Virus record (IMG/VR): IMGVR_UViG_3300049139_000029 | Coordinates: 1-41,470 of that record | DNA from: a virus | Taxonomy: Duplodnaviria > Caudoviricetes | Direction: 5' to 3' (one strand) | DNA length: 41,470 bases | Part shown: piece after piece, positions 8,066 to 16,454 of the stretch | Layout: every line of letters starts with the position of its first letter | Numbering within the stretch: position 1 is the stretch's first letter | Program-made: the position numbers and the translations under genes | The notes under the pieces: generated by a model | Databases searched by the model: none | The model's input: only the letters and a program-made list of their open reading frames with translations | Told to the model about the DNA's origin: nothing

Positions 8066-9353
8066 ACCCCGCGCCGACACGGGCGCCGAAATGAAACTCA
8101 TCGGCGCCATCATGGGCGAACCCCGCGCACTCGACGACATCTTCATCAACCCTGAAGATTTTTACCGCCCCGCTCATGAGGAACTGTGGAAGAAGATCAC
8201 GGCGCAGATCCGGGCGGGGAAACCCGCCGACCCGCTCACCATGTCCCACCTGATCGGGGACATCCCCGGCGTGGACGCCGTCTACCTCCACCAGTGCTTC
8301 GCCCAAGCACCCCACAGGGGGGTCGCACCGCATTACGCGGAGATCGTCGTCGGACTCGCACGACTCCGCCGCATGGCCGATGTGGGACAGCAACTCATCC
8401 AGCAGGCGCAGACCAGTTCATGGGAGGACGCCGAAACCATCCTCGATGCGGGCCGCGCCACGTTGGATGAGACAGTCTCACAAGCAACCGGTGTCACCAT
8501 CACGACGTTCGCGAAGGCTCTCGAGTTGGCGGTGGATGAGTGGCAGGCCCCGGAGCAGCAGAAGTACAAGACCGGTTGGTCCGAACTCGACCGGAAGTTG
8601 AATGGCGGTTGGCGTGGCGGGCAGCTCACTGTTGTGGGTGCACGTCCCGCGGTTGGTAAGTCGGTGATCGCGTCGTGTGCGGCCGTCGCCGCCCACGGTT
8701 ACGGTGTGGGGTTCTTCTCCCTCGAAATGTCCATGACCGAAGTCGTCTCCCGCATGGCGGCCAGCGCCCAAGGGATCGACCTCGGCCGGCTGAACTCGGG
8801 GAACCTCACCGACATCGACTGGCAGCGGGTCAGCCGGTTGGCGCAACGCTCCCAGGACTGGCGGGTGTACATCGAGGACAAGTCACGGTTGACGATGGCG
8901 CAGATCAGGGCGACCGTCCGCACCTGGACGAGGAAAGGCCCACTCCCGCTGGTCATCATCGACTACTCCCAGTTGGTGACCCCGGCGGACCGGACCGAAT
9001 CCCGTGAACGGCAAGTCTCACGGATCCTCGAGGACTGCAAACACCTGGCGAAGGAGTTCGACACCCACGTCCTCGCCCTCGCACAAGTCAACCGTGGGTC
9101 TACCCACCGTGAGGACAAACGCCCCACCATGGCGGACCTCCGCGAATCCGGCGGCATCGAAGCCCACGCCGACAACATCATCCTCCTCCACCGTGACGAA
9201 AAAACCCCGGACGAAATCGAACTCATTCTGGCGAAGAACCGGCACGGCCCGAACTGCACCATCAACCTCGTCTGGCGTCCCAGTTTCGCCTCCGCGAACA
9301 GCATGGCCTCCGATATCGATGATTACCGGCACGGGATGGAGAACGTCGTATGA
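8055..9353 (+). CDS. dnaB: DnaB-like replicative helicase
   Basis: GARPAVGKS Walker A, FFSLEMS, IIDY, AQVNR, DLRESGGIE, KNRHG. Confidence 0.93.
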   Translation: MQHEPRADTGAEMKLIGAIMGEPRALDDIFINPEDFYRPAHEELWKKITAQIRAGKPADPLTMSHLIGDIPGVDAVYLHQCFAQAPHRGVAPHYAEIVVGLARLRRMADVGQQLIQQAQTSSWEDAETILDAGRATLDETVSQATGVTITTFAKALELAVDEWQAPEQQKYKTGWSELDRKLNGGWRGGQLTVVGARPAVGKSVIASCAAVAAHGYGVGFFSLEMSMTEVVSRMAASAQGIDLGRLNSGNLTDIDWQRVSRLAQRSQDWRVYIEDKSRLTMAQIRATVRTWTRKGPLPLVIIDYSQLVTPADRTESRERQVSRILEDCKHLAKEFDTHVLALAQVNRGSTHREDKRPTMADLRESGGIEAHADNIILLHRDEKTPDEIELILAKNRHGPNCTINLVWRPSFASANSMASDIDDYRHGMENVV

Positions 9354-9583
9354 GAACCGCCGACAGCATGTTCGACCTCGGCTATGACCCGGTGTTGATT
9401 ACCGACGCGAACGGGATGACCTGCCAGCACCTCATAGGGGAAACGTTCCGCCTATACGACCACCGCAACCAGACGGAAACCGAATGGCACCGTGAGGACG
9501 CTTGGTGGGATCACCGGATGACCCAAACCATCAACCCGGACACCATCCTGTTCCCGGTAACCGTCGTATGGGAGGAATCATGA
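9350..9583 (+). CDS. Hypothetical protein
   Basis: ATGA-coupled ORF. Confidence 0.65.
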   Translation: MRTADSMFDLGYDPVLITDANGMTCQHLIGETFRLYDHRNQTETEWHREDAWWDHRMTQTINPDTILFPVTVVWEES

Positions 9584-10329
9584 CCTCGCACGCCCGTAAA
9601 CGGCCCTCACAGGCGACAGAACCGGTCATGGCGGTACCGGTGGGGGTGGAAGCATCCCAACCGCTCACAGAGGCGCACAGCCGCGACACGCTCGTCAGCC
9701 TCTGCGACCTCACCCTCAACGGCTGCCAACCCTGGATCGAAGCCGGCTACAACGTCCTCGCCGTAGACCCACAACACGGGGTAACAACCACCCGGGACGG
9801 TGTAACCCGGTTCGCCGGCACCATCGAGGACGCCATGCCACTCATCGGCCGACTCATAGCCGAAAAACGAATAGCGTTCGTCGGAGGCTACCCACCATGC
9901 ACCGACATGGCCGTTTCCGGGGCTCGATGGTTCAAAACCAAATACGAGGCCGACAAGCTGTTCCAGGCGAAAGCCGTCATGGTCGCCGAGCAGTGCCGCA
10001 CCATCGGCAGACTCTCCGGCGCCCCATGGTTCGTTGAGAACCCCGTCAGTGTGCTCGCCTCAGCATTCGGGAAGCCTAACCACACGTTCCACCCCGCCGA
10101 CTACACCGCATATGAACCCGCGGACAACTACACCAAAAAAACATGCCTCTGGACCGGTGGAGGGTTCATTATGCCGCAACCTGCAAAAGACCCGTCACTC
10201 GGGAAGCCGGATAACCGGATCCACTACGCCTCACCAGGACCCGAGCGCGCCAACTTCCGCAGCGCCACACCGATGGGCTTCGCACGAGCCCTCTTCGACG
10301 CCAACCACGAAACAAGGGCCGCAGCATGA
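9580..10329 (+). CDS. Compact DNA cytosine-C5 methyltransferase-like protein
   Basis: Catalytic PPC (YPPCTDMAVSGARWF) and ENP motifs; KKTCLW; RSATPMGFA. Motif I is degenerate (SLCD). Confidence 0.7.
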   Translation: MTSHARKRPSQATEPVMAVPVGVEASQPLTEAHSRDTLVSLCDLTLNGCQPWIEAGYNVLAVDPQHGVTTTRDGVTRFAGTIEDAMPLIGRLIAEKRIAFVGGYPPCTDMAVSGARWFKTKYEADKLFQAKAVMVAEQCRTIGRLSGAPWFVENPVSVLASAFGKPNHTFHPADYTAYEPADNYTKKTCLWTGGGFIMPQPAKDPSLGKPDNRIHYASPGPERANFRSATPMGFARALFDANHETRAAA

Positions 10330-10778
10330 CCGACGAGACGAATTACCGACCGCCCGGACGGTATTTGGAAACGCGCACGCGTGTTGTGGTGCGTGGTGTG
10401 CCGGCTCCGCAGGGGTCGAAGCGGGGTTTCGTGGTGGGGGGCAGGGCTGTCCTGGTTGAGTCGTCGAGCAAGGTGCGGCCGTGGCGTGAGGATGTGCGTC
10501 ACGCGGTGATGGAGCATTTCGAGGCCCCGCTTGTGGGTGCCGTGTGGGTGTCGGTCGTGTTCCGCCTGCCAAGGCCTAAGAGTGTGTCGGTGAGGTTCCG
10601 GCCGGTGCCAATCGTGAAACCTGACCTGGACAAGCTCCTCCGCTCCACGTTGGACGCGCTCAAGTCCGCCGGCGCGTACGGGGACGACTCACAGGTCGTC
10701 GAGGTCACATGTTCGAAGGTGTACGCCGATGATGTACCGTCCGGTGCTGTCATTGAAATCGGCCCTGTGAAGCGATGA
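10326..10778 (+). CDS. rusA: RusA-like Holliday junction resolvase
   Basis: PAPQGSK, KPDLDKLLRSTLDAL, DDSQV. Confidence 0.9.
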   Translation: MTDETNYRPPGRYLETRTRVVVRGVPAPQGSKRGFVVGGRAVLVESSSKVRPWREDVRHAVMEHFEAPLVGAVWVSVVFRLPRPKSVSVRFRPVPIVKPDLDKLLRSTLDALKSAGAYGDDSQVVEVTCSKVYADDVPSGAVIEIGPVKR

Positions 10779-10803
10779 CATCGGTACCAGTAAGCGATAG
10801 AAT
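10775..10803 (+). promoter_or_regulatory. Putative internal SigA-type promoter
   Basis: ATGACA, 17 bp, TAGAAT in an AT-richer gap, followed by an imperfect hairpin (~10826-10862) and a GAAGGGG RBS. Confidence 0.55.
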
Positions 10804-10884
10804 GAATGCATCACCAAAAGTAAGTGCCCCGGTTCAGCGTTTGTGGAATCCGCTGCCGGGGCCGGAAGCCGGAAGGGGCTCCCA

Positions 10885-11073
10885 ATGACAACGTTACCCG
10901 AAAACACCCCCCTTGAGCAGGCGAAGAAGCAGCTTGATACCGCGTGCCTCGAGTTCAACCGTGCGGCCGCGGCGACGACACCGCCGGGGAAACTCCAGAA
11001 GGCCGTACGGGATCTGATGTACGCGGTTGACAACTTCTGCGACATGAAGCGTGAAACCGTGAGAGGCGCATGA
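10885..11073 (+). CDS. Hypothetical protein
   Basis: MTTLPENTP...; RBS and promoter upstream. Confidence 0.6.
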   Translation: MTTLPENTPLEQAKKQLDTACLEFNRAAAATTPPGKLQKAVRDLMYAVDNFCDMKRETVRGA

Positions 11074-11417
11074 TGGGACACCTTGACGAGATCCGGGGCC
11101 GGCTCAACGCAGCCACACCAGAGCCATGGATGGCGCGCAGTGATGGCGCGGTTGCGCAGGTAGCGCATTCGACCGGTGAGCAAAAGATGGTGGTGACATA
11201 CGGACCCACCTACACATCCGACGCCGAGTTCATCGCCAACGCGCCTACGGATGTGGCCCGCCTCCTGAACGCCGTCCAAGCCGTGGAAGAACGCCTCAGT
11301 CAGTGGGAAGGACGGTTTACGGGTCGCACCGCTGAGGACACGGCAATGCGAGCCGCCATTTACCTCATCCGGAAAGACATCACGACCGCATTGGAGGCTA
11401 ATCGTGGGCGCGAATGA
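11070..11417 (+). CDS. Ead/Ea22-like hypothetical protein
   Basis: AATPEPW...DAEFIANAPTDVARLL motif. Confidence 0.65.
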   Translation: MMGHLDEIRGRLNAATPEPWMARSDGAVAQVAHSTGEQKMVVTYGPTYTSDAEFIANAPTDVARLLNAVQAVEERLSQWEGRFTGRTAEDTAMRAAIYLIRKDITTALEANRGRE

Positions 11418-11748
11418 CAAACTGGCGGCGACGTTCCACAGCGGCAACACCGACCCACGGTTGGAGCCAGTGCGACGAGAACTATCCAAGGGTCTCTACC
11501 AGATGGCACCGGGCGAATTGCCAGCGCAGAACGGAGCCGTTCGCGCTCTTGCTGCTGCGGATGAGGCGGATCGTGCGGCTGGCATCGTACGGGTGCGCGT
11601 GGACGACGACACGGTGGAACGGGCAGCGCGGGCGTTGCAGTCAGAGGCCCCAGTCGCTTGGATTTGGGATTCCGTGAACGAGGAGACCAAAGAGTTTCGC
11701 CGTAGTCAGGCCCGTATCATCCTTGCCGCGTTGAGGGGCGAGTCATGA
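11404..11748 (+). CDS. Hypothetical protein
   Basis: GGAGG RBS before GTG; DDTVERAARAL...W motif common in actinophage small genes. Confidence 0.65.
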   Translation: MGANDKLAATFHSGNTDPRLEPVRRELSKGLYQMAPGELPAQNGAVRALAAADEADRAAGIVRVRVDDDTVERAARALQSEAPVAWIWDSVNEETKEFRRSQARIILAALRGES

Positions 11749-11942
11749 GCCCGCACATCCTGATCTCCGAATCGGTCACGTACTGCACTAACCAGGAAGG
11801 CGTGGAAGTGTCACCCCGCGCCATGCCGTACCTGGAGCAGTGGTTGCGGGAGAACGGTTACGTGAAGCGGGATCAGCGGTTACGTGACCAGCTCGCCCAC
11901 ACGACCGCACCCGTGGTTGCACAGGTCGGAGACGAAGGATGA
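11745..11942 (+). CDS. Hypothetical protein
   Basis: ATGA overlaps. Confidence 0.6.
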   Translation: MSPHILISESVTYCTNQEGVEVSPRAMPYLEQWLRENGYVKRDQRLRDQLAHTTAPVVAQVGDEG

Positions 11943-12163
11943 ACGAGTGCCCGAAGTGCCCAACCAGCGAGCCCTGCCAGCACATGTTCTCGATGACCCT
12001 GCGTAACGGTGACCGGGTATGCCGGCGCTGCCATGTCGTGAAAAGACTCAAACCACAAAAGACCCCGATGCCATCGGTGGACGACCTGCTCGGCATCGAC
12101 CCGAACTGGACCGGTGGGCTATCCACCGACGAGTACATGCAACAGCAGAGGAGCCGAGGATGA
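11939..12163 (+). CDS. Hypothetical Cys-containing protein
   Basis: CPKC, CQH and CRRC motifs; ATGA overlaps. Confidence 0.6.
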   Translation: MNECPKCPTSEPCQHMFSMTLRNGDRVCRRCHVVKRLKPQKTPMPSVDDLLGIDPNWTGGLSTDEYMQQQRSRG

Positions 12164-12444
12164 GCGGGCACGACAAGGGTGGGTATCTCGACGGCGGACC
12201 GATCGAAGTCACCGCGGACAAGCCGAAGCCGATCCTCACACAGGACACATGGGATCAGTTCCGGGAAGCGGTGAAACTCATGCTCGAGTTCCTCCACCGT
12301 GACCCGAAGTTCCGCCGGATCGTGCGGAAACAGAAAGCCCGCGAGACGAAGCGCCAGGCTATCGAACGCCGTCAGGTTGCCCGCGCAGTACGGGGCATCG
12401 AATGGGCGCCACCACTACTACGGAACGGGAAAGCGCCGAGATGA
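12160..12444 (+). CDS. Hypothetical basic protein
   Basis: MSGHDKGG...; ATGA overlaps. Confidence 0.6.
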   Translation: MSGHDKGGYLDGGPIEVTADKPKPILTQDTWDQFREAVKLMLEFLHRDPKFRRIVRKQKARETKRQAIERRQVARAVRGIEWAPPLLRNGKAPR

Positions 12445-12998
12445 GCTGCACGATAGAAGATTGCAGAGGCGAGTTTTACGCTCGTGGATGGTGCCATAAG
12501 CACTATGAGCGTTGGCGCAGGCATGGGAGCACTGACGACCCACGCTCACCGGAGGCTAGATTCTGGGCCATGGTGGACCGTGCGGGAGAGTGTTGGCGCT
12601 GGCTTGGGGCGCTCAAGTCCAGCGGCTACGGCGCTCTGAGTGTTGCTGGCAGGACGGTATATGCGCATAGGTATTCACTGGAGCTTCAACGAGGCGAACC
12701 AATCCCGGCAGGGATGGAAGTGGACCATAAGTGCCACACGCCTACATGCGTCCGGCCTAGCCATCTACGGTTAGCCACTTCTGGACAGAACGGGCAAAAC
12801 CGCCAAGGTGCGCAGCGGAATAACTCAACCGGCGTGCGCGGAGTCGTTCACTTCAAAGGACGGTATCGTGCGCAGTTCCAAGTCGCTGGCGAGTACTTCC
12901 ATGTTGGGTTGTTCGACACTCTTTCCGAAGCGGAAGCAGCGGTATCAAGTGCACGCCGCGAGCATATGACCCATTCAGAAATGGACAAGGTCCGATGA
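12441..12998 (+). CDS. Second HNH homing-type endonuclease with AP2-like C-terminus
   Basis: C-x4-C-x9-C-x2-H; RFW..VD...CWRW...AHRYS...DHKCHTPTCVRPSHL...NSTGVRGV. Confidence 0.85.
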   Translation: MSCTIEDCRGEFYARGWCHKHYERWRRHGSTDDPRSPEARFWAMVDRAGECWRWLGALKSSGYGALSVAGRTVYAHRYSLELQRGEPIPAGMEVDHKCHTPTCVRPSHLRLATSGQNGQNRQGAQRNNSTGVRGVVHFKGRYRAQFQVAGEYFHVGLFDTLSEAEAAVSSARREHMTHSEMDKVR

Positions 12999-13099
12999 CC
13001 TGGACCACTTGCCGTCAGTGGTGTTGCCGAAGTTTTTACAGCGGTAAGTGCCGGAAGAACCGGCAGTGCGCCTGCCACCCGAAGAAGGAGAAGAAGTGA
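12995..13099 (+). CDS. Cys-rich micro-protein (34 aa, not in ORF track)
   Basis: MTWTTCRQWCCRSFYSGKCRKNRQCACHPKKEKK; ATGA and GTGA overlaps. Confidence 0.55.
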   Translation: MTWTTCRQWCCRSFYSGKCRKNRQCACHPKKEKK

Positions 13100-13296
13100 A
13101 CTACCCCCGATCGAACCCGACCCGCGTCAGGACCGTGACTATTATCGTCACCCACGAGGATGAGCGCCGCGACTTCTCACGCACCTACACAGCCAACGAG
13201 ATATGCGCGGAGGGCGTCGGATACTGGGATCGCAGCGACCGCGGGGAGAAGTTCCGTGACTGGCGGATGACCACCATCGAAGGACTCGAACCATGA
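13096..13296 (+). CDS. Hypothetical protein
   Basis: GTG start after AAGGAG; coupled to both neighbours. Confidence 0.55.
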   Translation: MNYPRSNPTRVRTVTIIVTHEDERRDFSRTYTANEICAEGVGYWDRSDRGEKFRDWRMTTIEGLEP

Positions 13297-13451
13297 CCCG
13301 CTGCTGCGCTAGATGTCGTACACCCTACAACTGCGGCCACAAAGAATGCCGGTGCCACAACGCCGTCATCCTCCCCATCACGGACACCCTCCAAGACCTC
13401 CTCCGGGAGGCCGACCGCCGCAACAACACCCGAAACCCGCACATCGAATAA
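13293..13451 (+). CDS. Cys-rich micro-protein (52 aa, not in ORF track)
   Basis: MTRCCARCRTPYNCGHKECRCHNAVILP...; ATGA overlap. Confidence 0.55.
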   Translation: MTRCCARCRTPYNCGHKECRCHNAVILPITDTLQDLLREADRRNNTRNPHIE

Positions 13452-13499
13452 GCCCCACGAGGCGATAAAATGGGTATCAGCAGACGATAAAGGGGAATC

Positions 13500-14369
13500 A
13501 TGGTGTGCACAGTTGCCGGGTGTCAGGTACAACCAGGGGACGGGATCACCCTCTGCCACGACCACACCACACAGTTGGAACGGGACCTGGACGAGATTCC
13601 CGGCATCCTCACTGACCTGTGGGACACCACCATTCGGGCCACCCACTACACCGACCCGGTGACGGCGGCCAGTGGTGAGCCTGCGTTGATCGTGGACTTC
13701 AAGGCCAGCGCTACCGGGCATGAGCTCGCCGCGTTGATCCGGTCATGGACGTCGATGATCCTCGACCACGGCGTACCGACTCGACCGGGGGACATGCGGT
13801 CGCCGTCGTCGTGCGCGAAGTGGCTCCGTAAACAAGGTGGCGTGTTCCGTTCCGCTGATTGGGCGGGGGACATGTGCGACGAGTTCCACGCTGCGGTGTG
13901 GGAGGCCCGTAGGGGGACCGATAAGCCGCCGTCGCGGGTGTTCGCCGGCATGTGCCCGGGGGAGTCCCTTGAAATCGTGTGCGGGGCGCCCCTGTACGCG
14001 AGAGTTGGATCCGGCGTGGCTCACTGCCGGGTGTGCGGCGGGGAATGGGACGTGCAGTCGTGGCGCTTTGAAGCTCTGCTTGCGGCAGGCATGGAGACCG
14101 GGACGTCAACGCAGGTGTCACGGATGCTGACCGACCCGGTAACGGGAGAAGCGCTACCGTCTGCGACCATCCGTAAGTGGGTGTCTCGTGGACTACTCCG
14201 GCACGTGAATGAGCAGGAGCGCTGGCTGGCGGAGGTTTTGGGTCAGAAGGTCCCACAGAAGCGTTATCAAGTGCGGAAGGTTCGGAACCTGTGGGTGAGG
14301 ATGAAGGCTTCTAAGTATGGGAATCCCATGTTCAGGGCTGGCCCTATGAGTACCGGGAATGTCGCTTGA
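13500..14369 (+). CDS. Zn-ribbon + HTH protein; probable late-gene regulator
   Basis: CxxC pairs (CP...CG, CRVCG) and C-terminal SATIRKWVSRGLL; last early gene, directly before a strong promoter. Confidence 0.65.
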   Translation: MVCTVAGCQVQPGDGITLCHDHTTQLERDLDEIPGILTDLWDTTIRATHYTDPVTAASGEPALIVDFKASATGHELAALIRSWTSMILDHGVPTRPGDMRSPSSCAKWLRKQGGVFRSADWAGDMCDEFHAAVWEARRGTDKPPSRVFAGMCPGESLEIVCGAPLYARVGSGVAHCRVCGGEWDVQSWRFEALLAAGMETGTSTQVSRMLTDPVTGEALPSATIRKWVSRGLLRHVNEQERWLAEVLGQKVPQKRYQVRKVRNLWVRMKASKYGNPMFRAGPMSTGNVA

Positions 14370-14394
14370 CAGGCGAAGACTTGTCACATAGGTT
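14366..14394 (+). promoter_or_regulatory. Late promoter
   Basis: TTGACA, 17 bp, TAGGTT, with a TGACA...TGTCA inverted repeat. Confidence 0.7.
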
Positions 14395-14423
14395 TAGAGC
14401 ATAATCGCCCGTAGTGGCGGTGA

Positions 14424-14450
14424 GAAGGCTCCGGGGAACCGGGGCCTTTC
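14424..14450 (+). terminator. Intrinsic terminator just downstream of the late promoter
   Basis: AAGGCTCCGG-ggaa-CCGGGGCCTT followed by TC. Confidence 0.6.
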
Positions 14451-14570
14451 GCATGTCCCCCGTCAACACTCGCCTTTTCATACGGGTGAAGGTGGAAGAG
14501 CCGGTCGTTTCTCGCTGGCAATGACACCACCTGCGGGGGCTCAAACTTCACCGAGCAGTGAGGGGCGGCC

Positions 14571-14720
14571 GTGCATGACGTCGAATGCCCTGTATGCGGC
14601 CACAACGCCCGCGAATACTCGAAACTCCACTGCACCAGCAAATGCCCGTGGCTGGTCTGCACCAACAAAGACTGCGGCACCACATACTCGTGGGAGCAGC
14701 CGGACCACTATTTCGACTGA
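14571..14720 (+). CDS. Small zinc-finger protein (49 aa, not in ORF track)
   Basis: MHDVECPVCGHNAREYSKLHCTSKCPWLVCTNKDCGTTYSWEQPDHYFD; GAGGGG RBS. Confidence 0.65.
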   Translation: MHDVECPVCGHNAREYSKLHCTSKCPWLVCTNKDCGTTYSWEQPDHYFD

Positions 14721-14735
14721 GGGGGTGAGCGGCTT

Positions 14736-15164
14736 GTGCCTCGCATCACCGAACAGAAACGGCAGGAAATCCGCGACCTCCACGGACAAGGGCTATCCCG
14801 GAATGAGATAGCCAGGCGCGCCGGCGTCTCCAATGAGAGTGTGTCGAAGATCTGCGCCGCCGCAGGGCTGACGTTCGACCGGACCGCCACCGAAACAGCC
14901 ACGAAAGCCAAGCAGGTGGACACGAAGAAAGTCCGGGCGCTCCTCGCCGCGGACTCCATCACCACCGCACGCAAAGCACTCGACCGGATCAACGTCATGC
15001 TCGACGACGAGGAAGCTGAGTTCGCCATCCGCGACCTCGGCACCGTCGTGGGCATCCTGGCCGACAAGCACATGGCCCTCGAGCGCATGGACTCCAGTGA
15101 GAAGGACCTCCCAGCCGTGGACAAGTGGCTCGCCTACATGATGGGCGGAACACCCGATGACTAA
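14736..15164 (+). CDS. terS: Terminase small subunit (HTH)
   Basis: N-terminal HTH (GLSRNEIARRAGVS); overlaps the start of terL. Confidence 0.75.
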   Translation: MPRITEQKRQEIRDLHGQGLSRNEIARRAGVSNESVSKICAAAGLTFDRTATETATKAKQVDTKKVRALLAADSITTARKALDRINVMLDDEEAEFAIRDLGTVVGILADKHMALERMDSSEKDLPAVDKWLAYMMGGTPDD

Positions 15165-16446
15165 CCCCGTCCCCTTCACCGGCAAATCACTGCTCGCCGT
15201 GCAGCACAACTCGCCGTCCATTGAAGCCTATGAGGGTAGTGTCCGGTCCTCGAAAACGTTCACGTCTCTCCTCGAGTGGGTTCACTTCATCCGCAACGGC
15301 CCCGCCGGCAACCTGCTGATGACGGGGAAAACCGAGCGGACCATCATCAATAACCTCCTCCTCCCGTTGCAGGAGTTGTTCGGGTCGAAACGGGTCCGCA
15401 TCAACACCGGGGAAGGGTACGTGGAGATCCTCGGCCGCCGCGTGCTGATCATCGGGGCGAACAACGAAGCCGCCCGGACGAAGATACAGGGCCTAACCTT
15501 GGCCGGCGCCTACGTCGATGAGGCGTCCACCCTCCCGGAGTCGTACTTCAACATGCTGTACTCCCGGCTGTCCGTTGCGGGTGCGAAACTGTGGCTCACC
15601 TCCAACCCCGAAGGCCCCGTCCACTGGTTGAAAGTGAACTGGCTGGACAAAGCCATGCTGTGGATTGATAAGCACGGCACGATCCACCGCAACCCTGACC
15701 CGGGCGCACTCGACCTGTACCGTTACACGTTCATCCTCGACGACAACAAGTCCCTCCCGGCCGAGTATGTGGAGCGCACGAAGAAGTCCTACTCAGGGCT
15801 CTTCTACCGCCGGTACATTCAGGCCGAGTGGGTGGCCGCTGAGGGCGCCATCTTCGACGCGTGGGACCATGACACGCATGTGGTCCCCTGGGAGTCCCTA
15901 CCGCCCATGCAGCGCGTCCTGTCCCTCGGTTTGGACTACGGCACGACGAACGCCACCAGCGCCATCCTGTTGGGGTTGGGCATCGACAACCGGCTGTACG
16001 CCATCGATGAGTGGCGGCACGACTCGAAAGCCACGCAACGCTCGTTGACAGACGGGGACCTGTCCCGGCAGATCCGCGAATGGCTGCCGCAGCAACATCA
16101 CATGTCTCAGACCGTGCAACCGGAATGGGTGTGCGTTGACCCCGCGGCGGCGTCGTTCAAGGTGCAACTCACCCAGGACGGCTTCTCGAACGTCATCAAC
16201 GCCGAGAATGACGTCCTGTACGGGATCCGGACCATGTCGTCACTGCTGGCGACGGGGAACCTGCTTGTCTCGGACCGGTGCAAGGGCCTGATCGGTGAGA
16301 TTCCCGGGTATTCGTGGGACCCGAAGGCGACGGAGAAGGGCGAGGACAAGCCCCTCAAGGTTGCCGATCACAGTATTGATGCGTTCCGGTACGCCCTTGT
16401 GACCACTGAAACGAACTGGCGTAACTACGTCGATCTAGCCGCATAG
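15157..16446 (+). CDS. terL: Terminase large subunit
   Basis: EGSVRSSKT Walker A, AYVDE Walker B, TSNP, GLDYG, DPAA, DHSIDAFRY. Confidence 0.95.
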   Translation: MTNPVPFTGKSLLAVQHNSPSIEAYEGSVRSSKTFTSLLEWVHFIRNGPAGNLLMTGKTERTIINNLLLPLQELFGSKRVRINTGEGYVEILGRRVLIIGANNEAARTKIQGLTLAGAYVDEASTLPESYFNMLYSRLSVAGAKLWLTSNPEGPVHWLKVNWLDKAMLWIDKHGTIHRNPDPGALDLYRYTFILDDNKSLPAEYVERTKKSYSGLFYRRYIQAEWVAAEGAIFDAWDHDTHVVPWESLPPMQRVLSLGLDYGTTNATSAILLGLGIDNRLYAIDEWRHDSKATQRSLTDGDLSRQIREWLPQQHHMSQTVQPEWVCVDPAAASFKVQLTQDGFSNVINAENDVLYGIRTMSSLLATGNLLVSDRCKGLIGEIPGYSWDPKATEKGEDKPLKVADHSIDAFRYALVTTETNWRNYVDLAA

Positions 16447-16454
16447 GGGGCCTC

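Noticed and set aside
6501-10329. Complete restriction-modification system
   Set aside because: No cognate restriction endonuclease lies next to either methyltransferase; the nearby HNH proteins look like homing or phage types.
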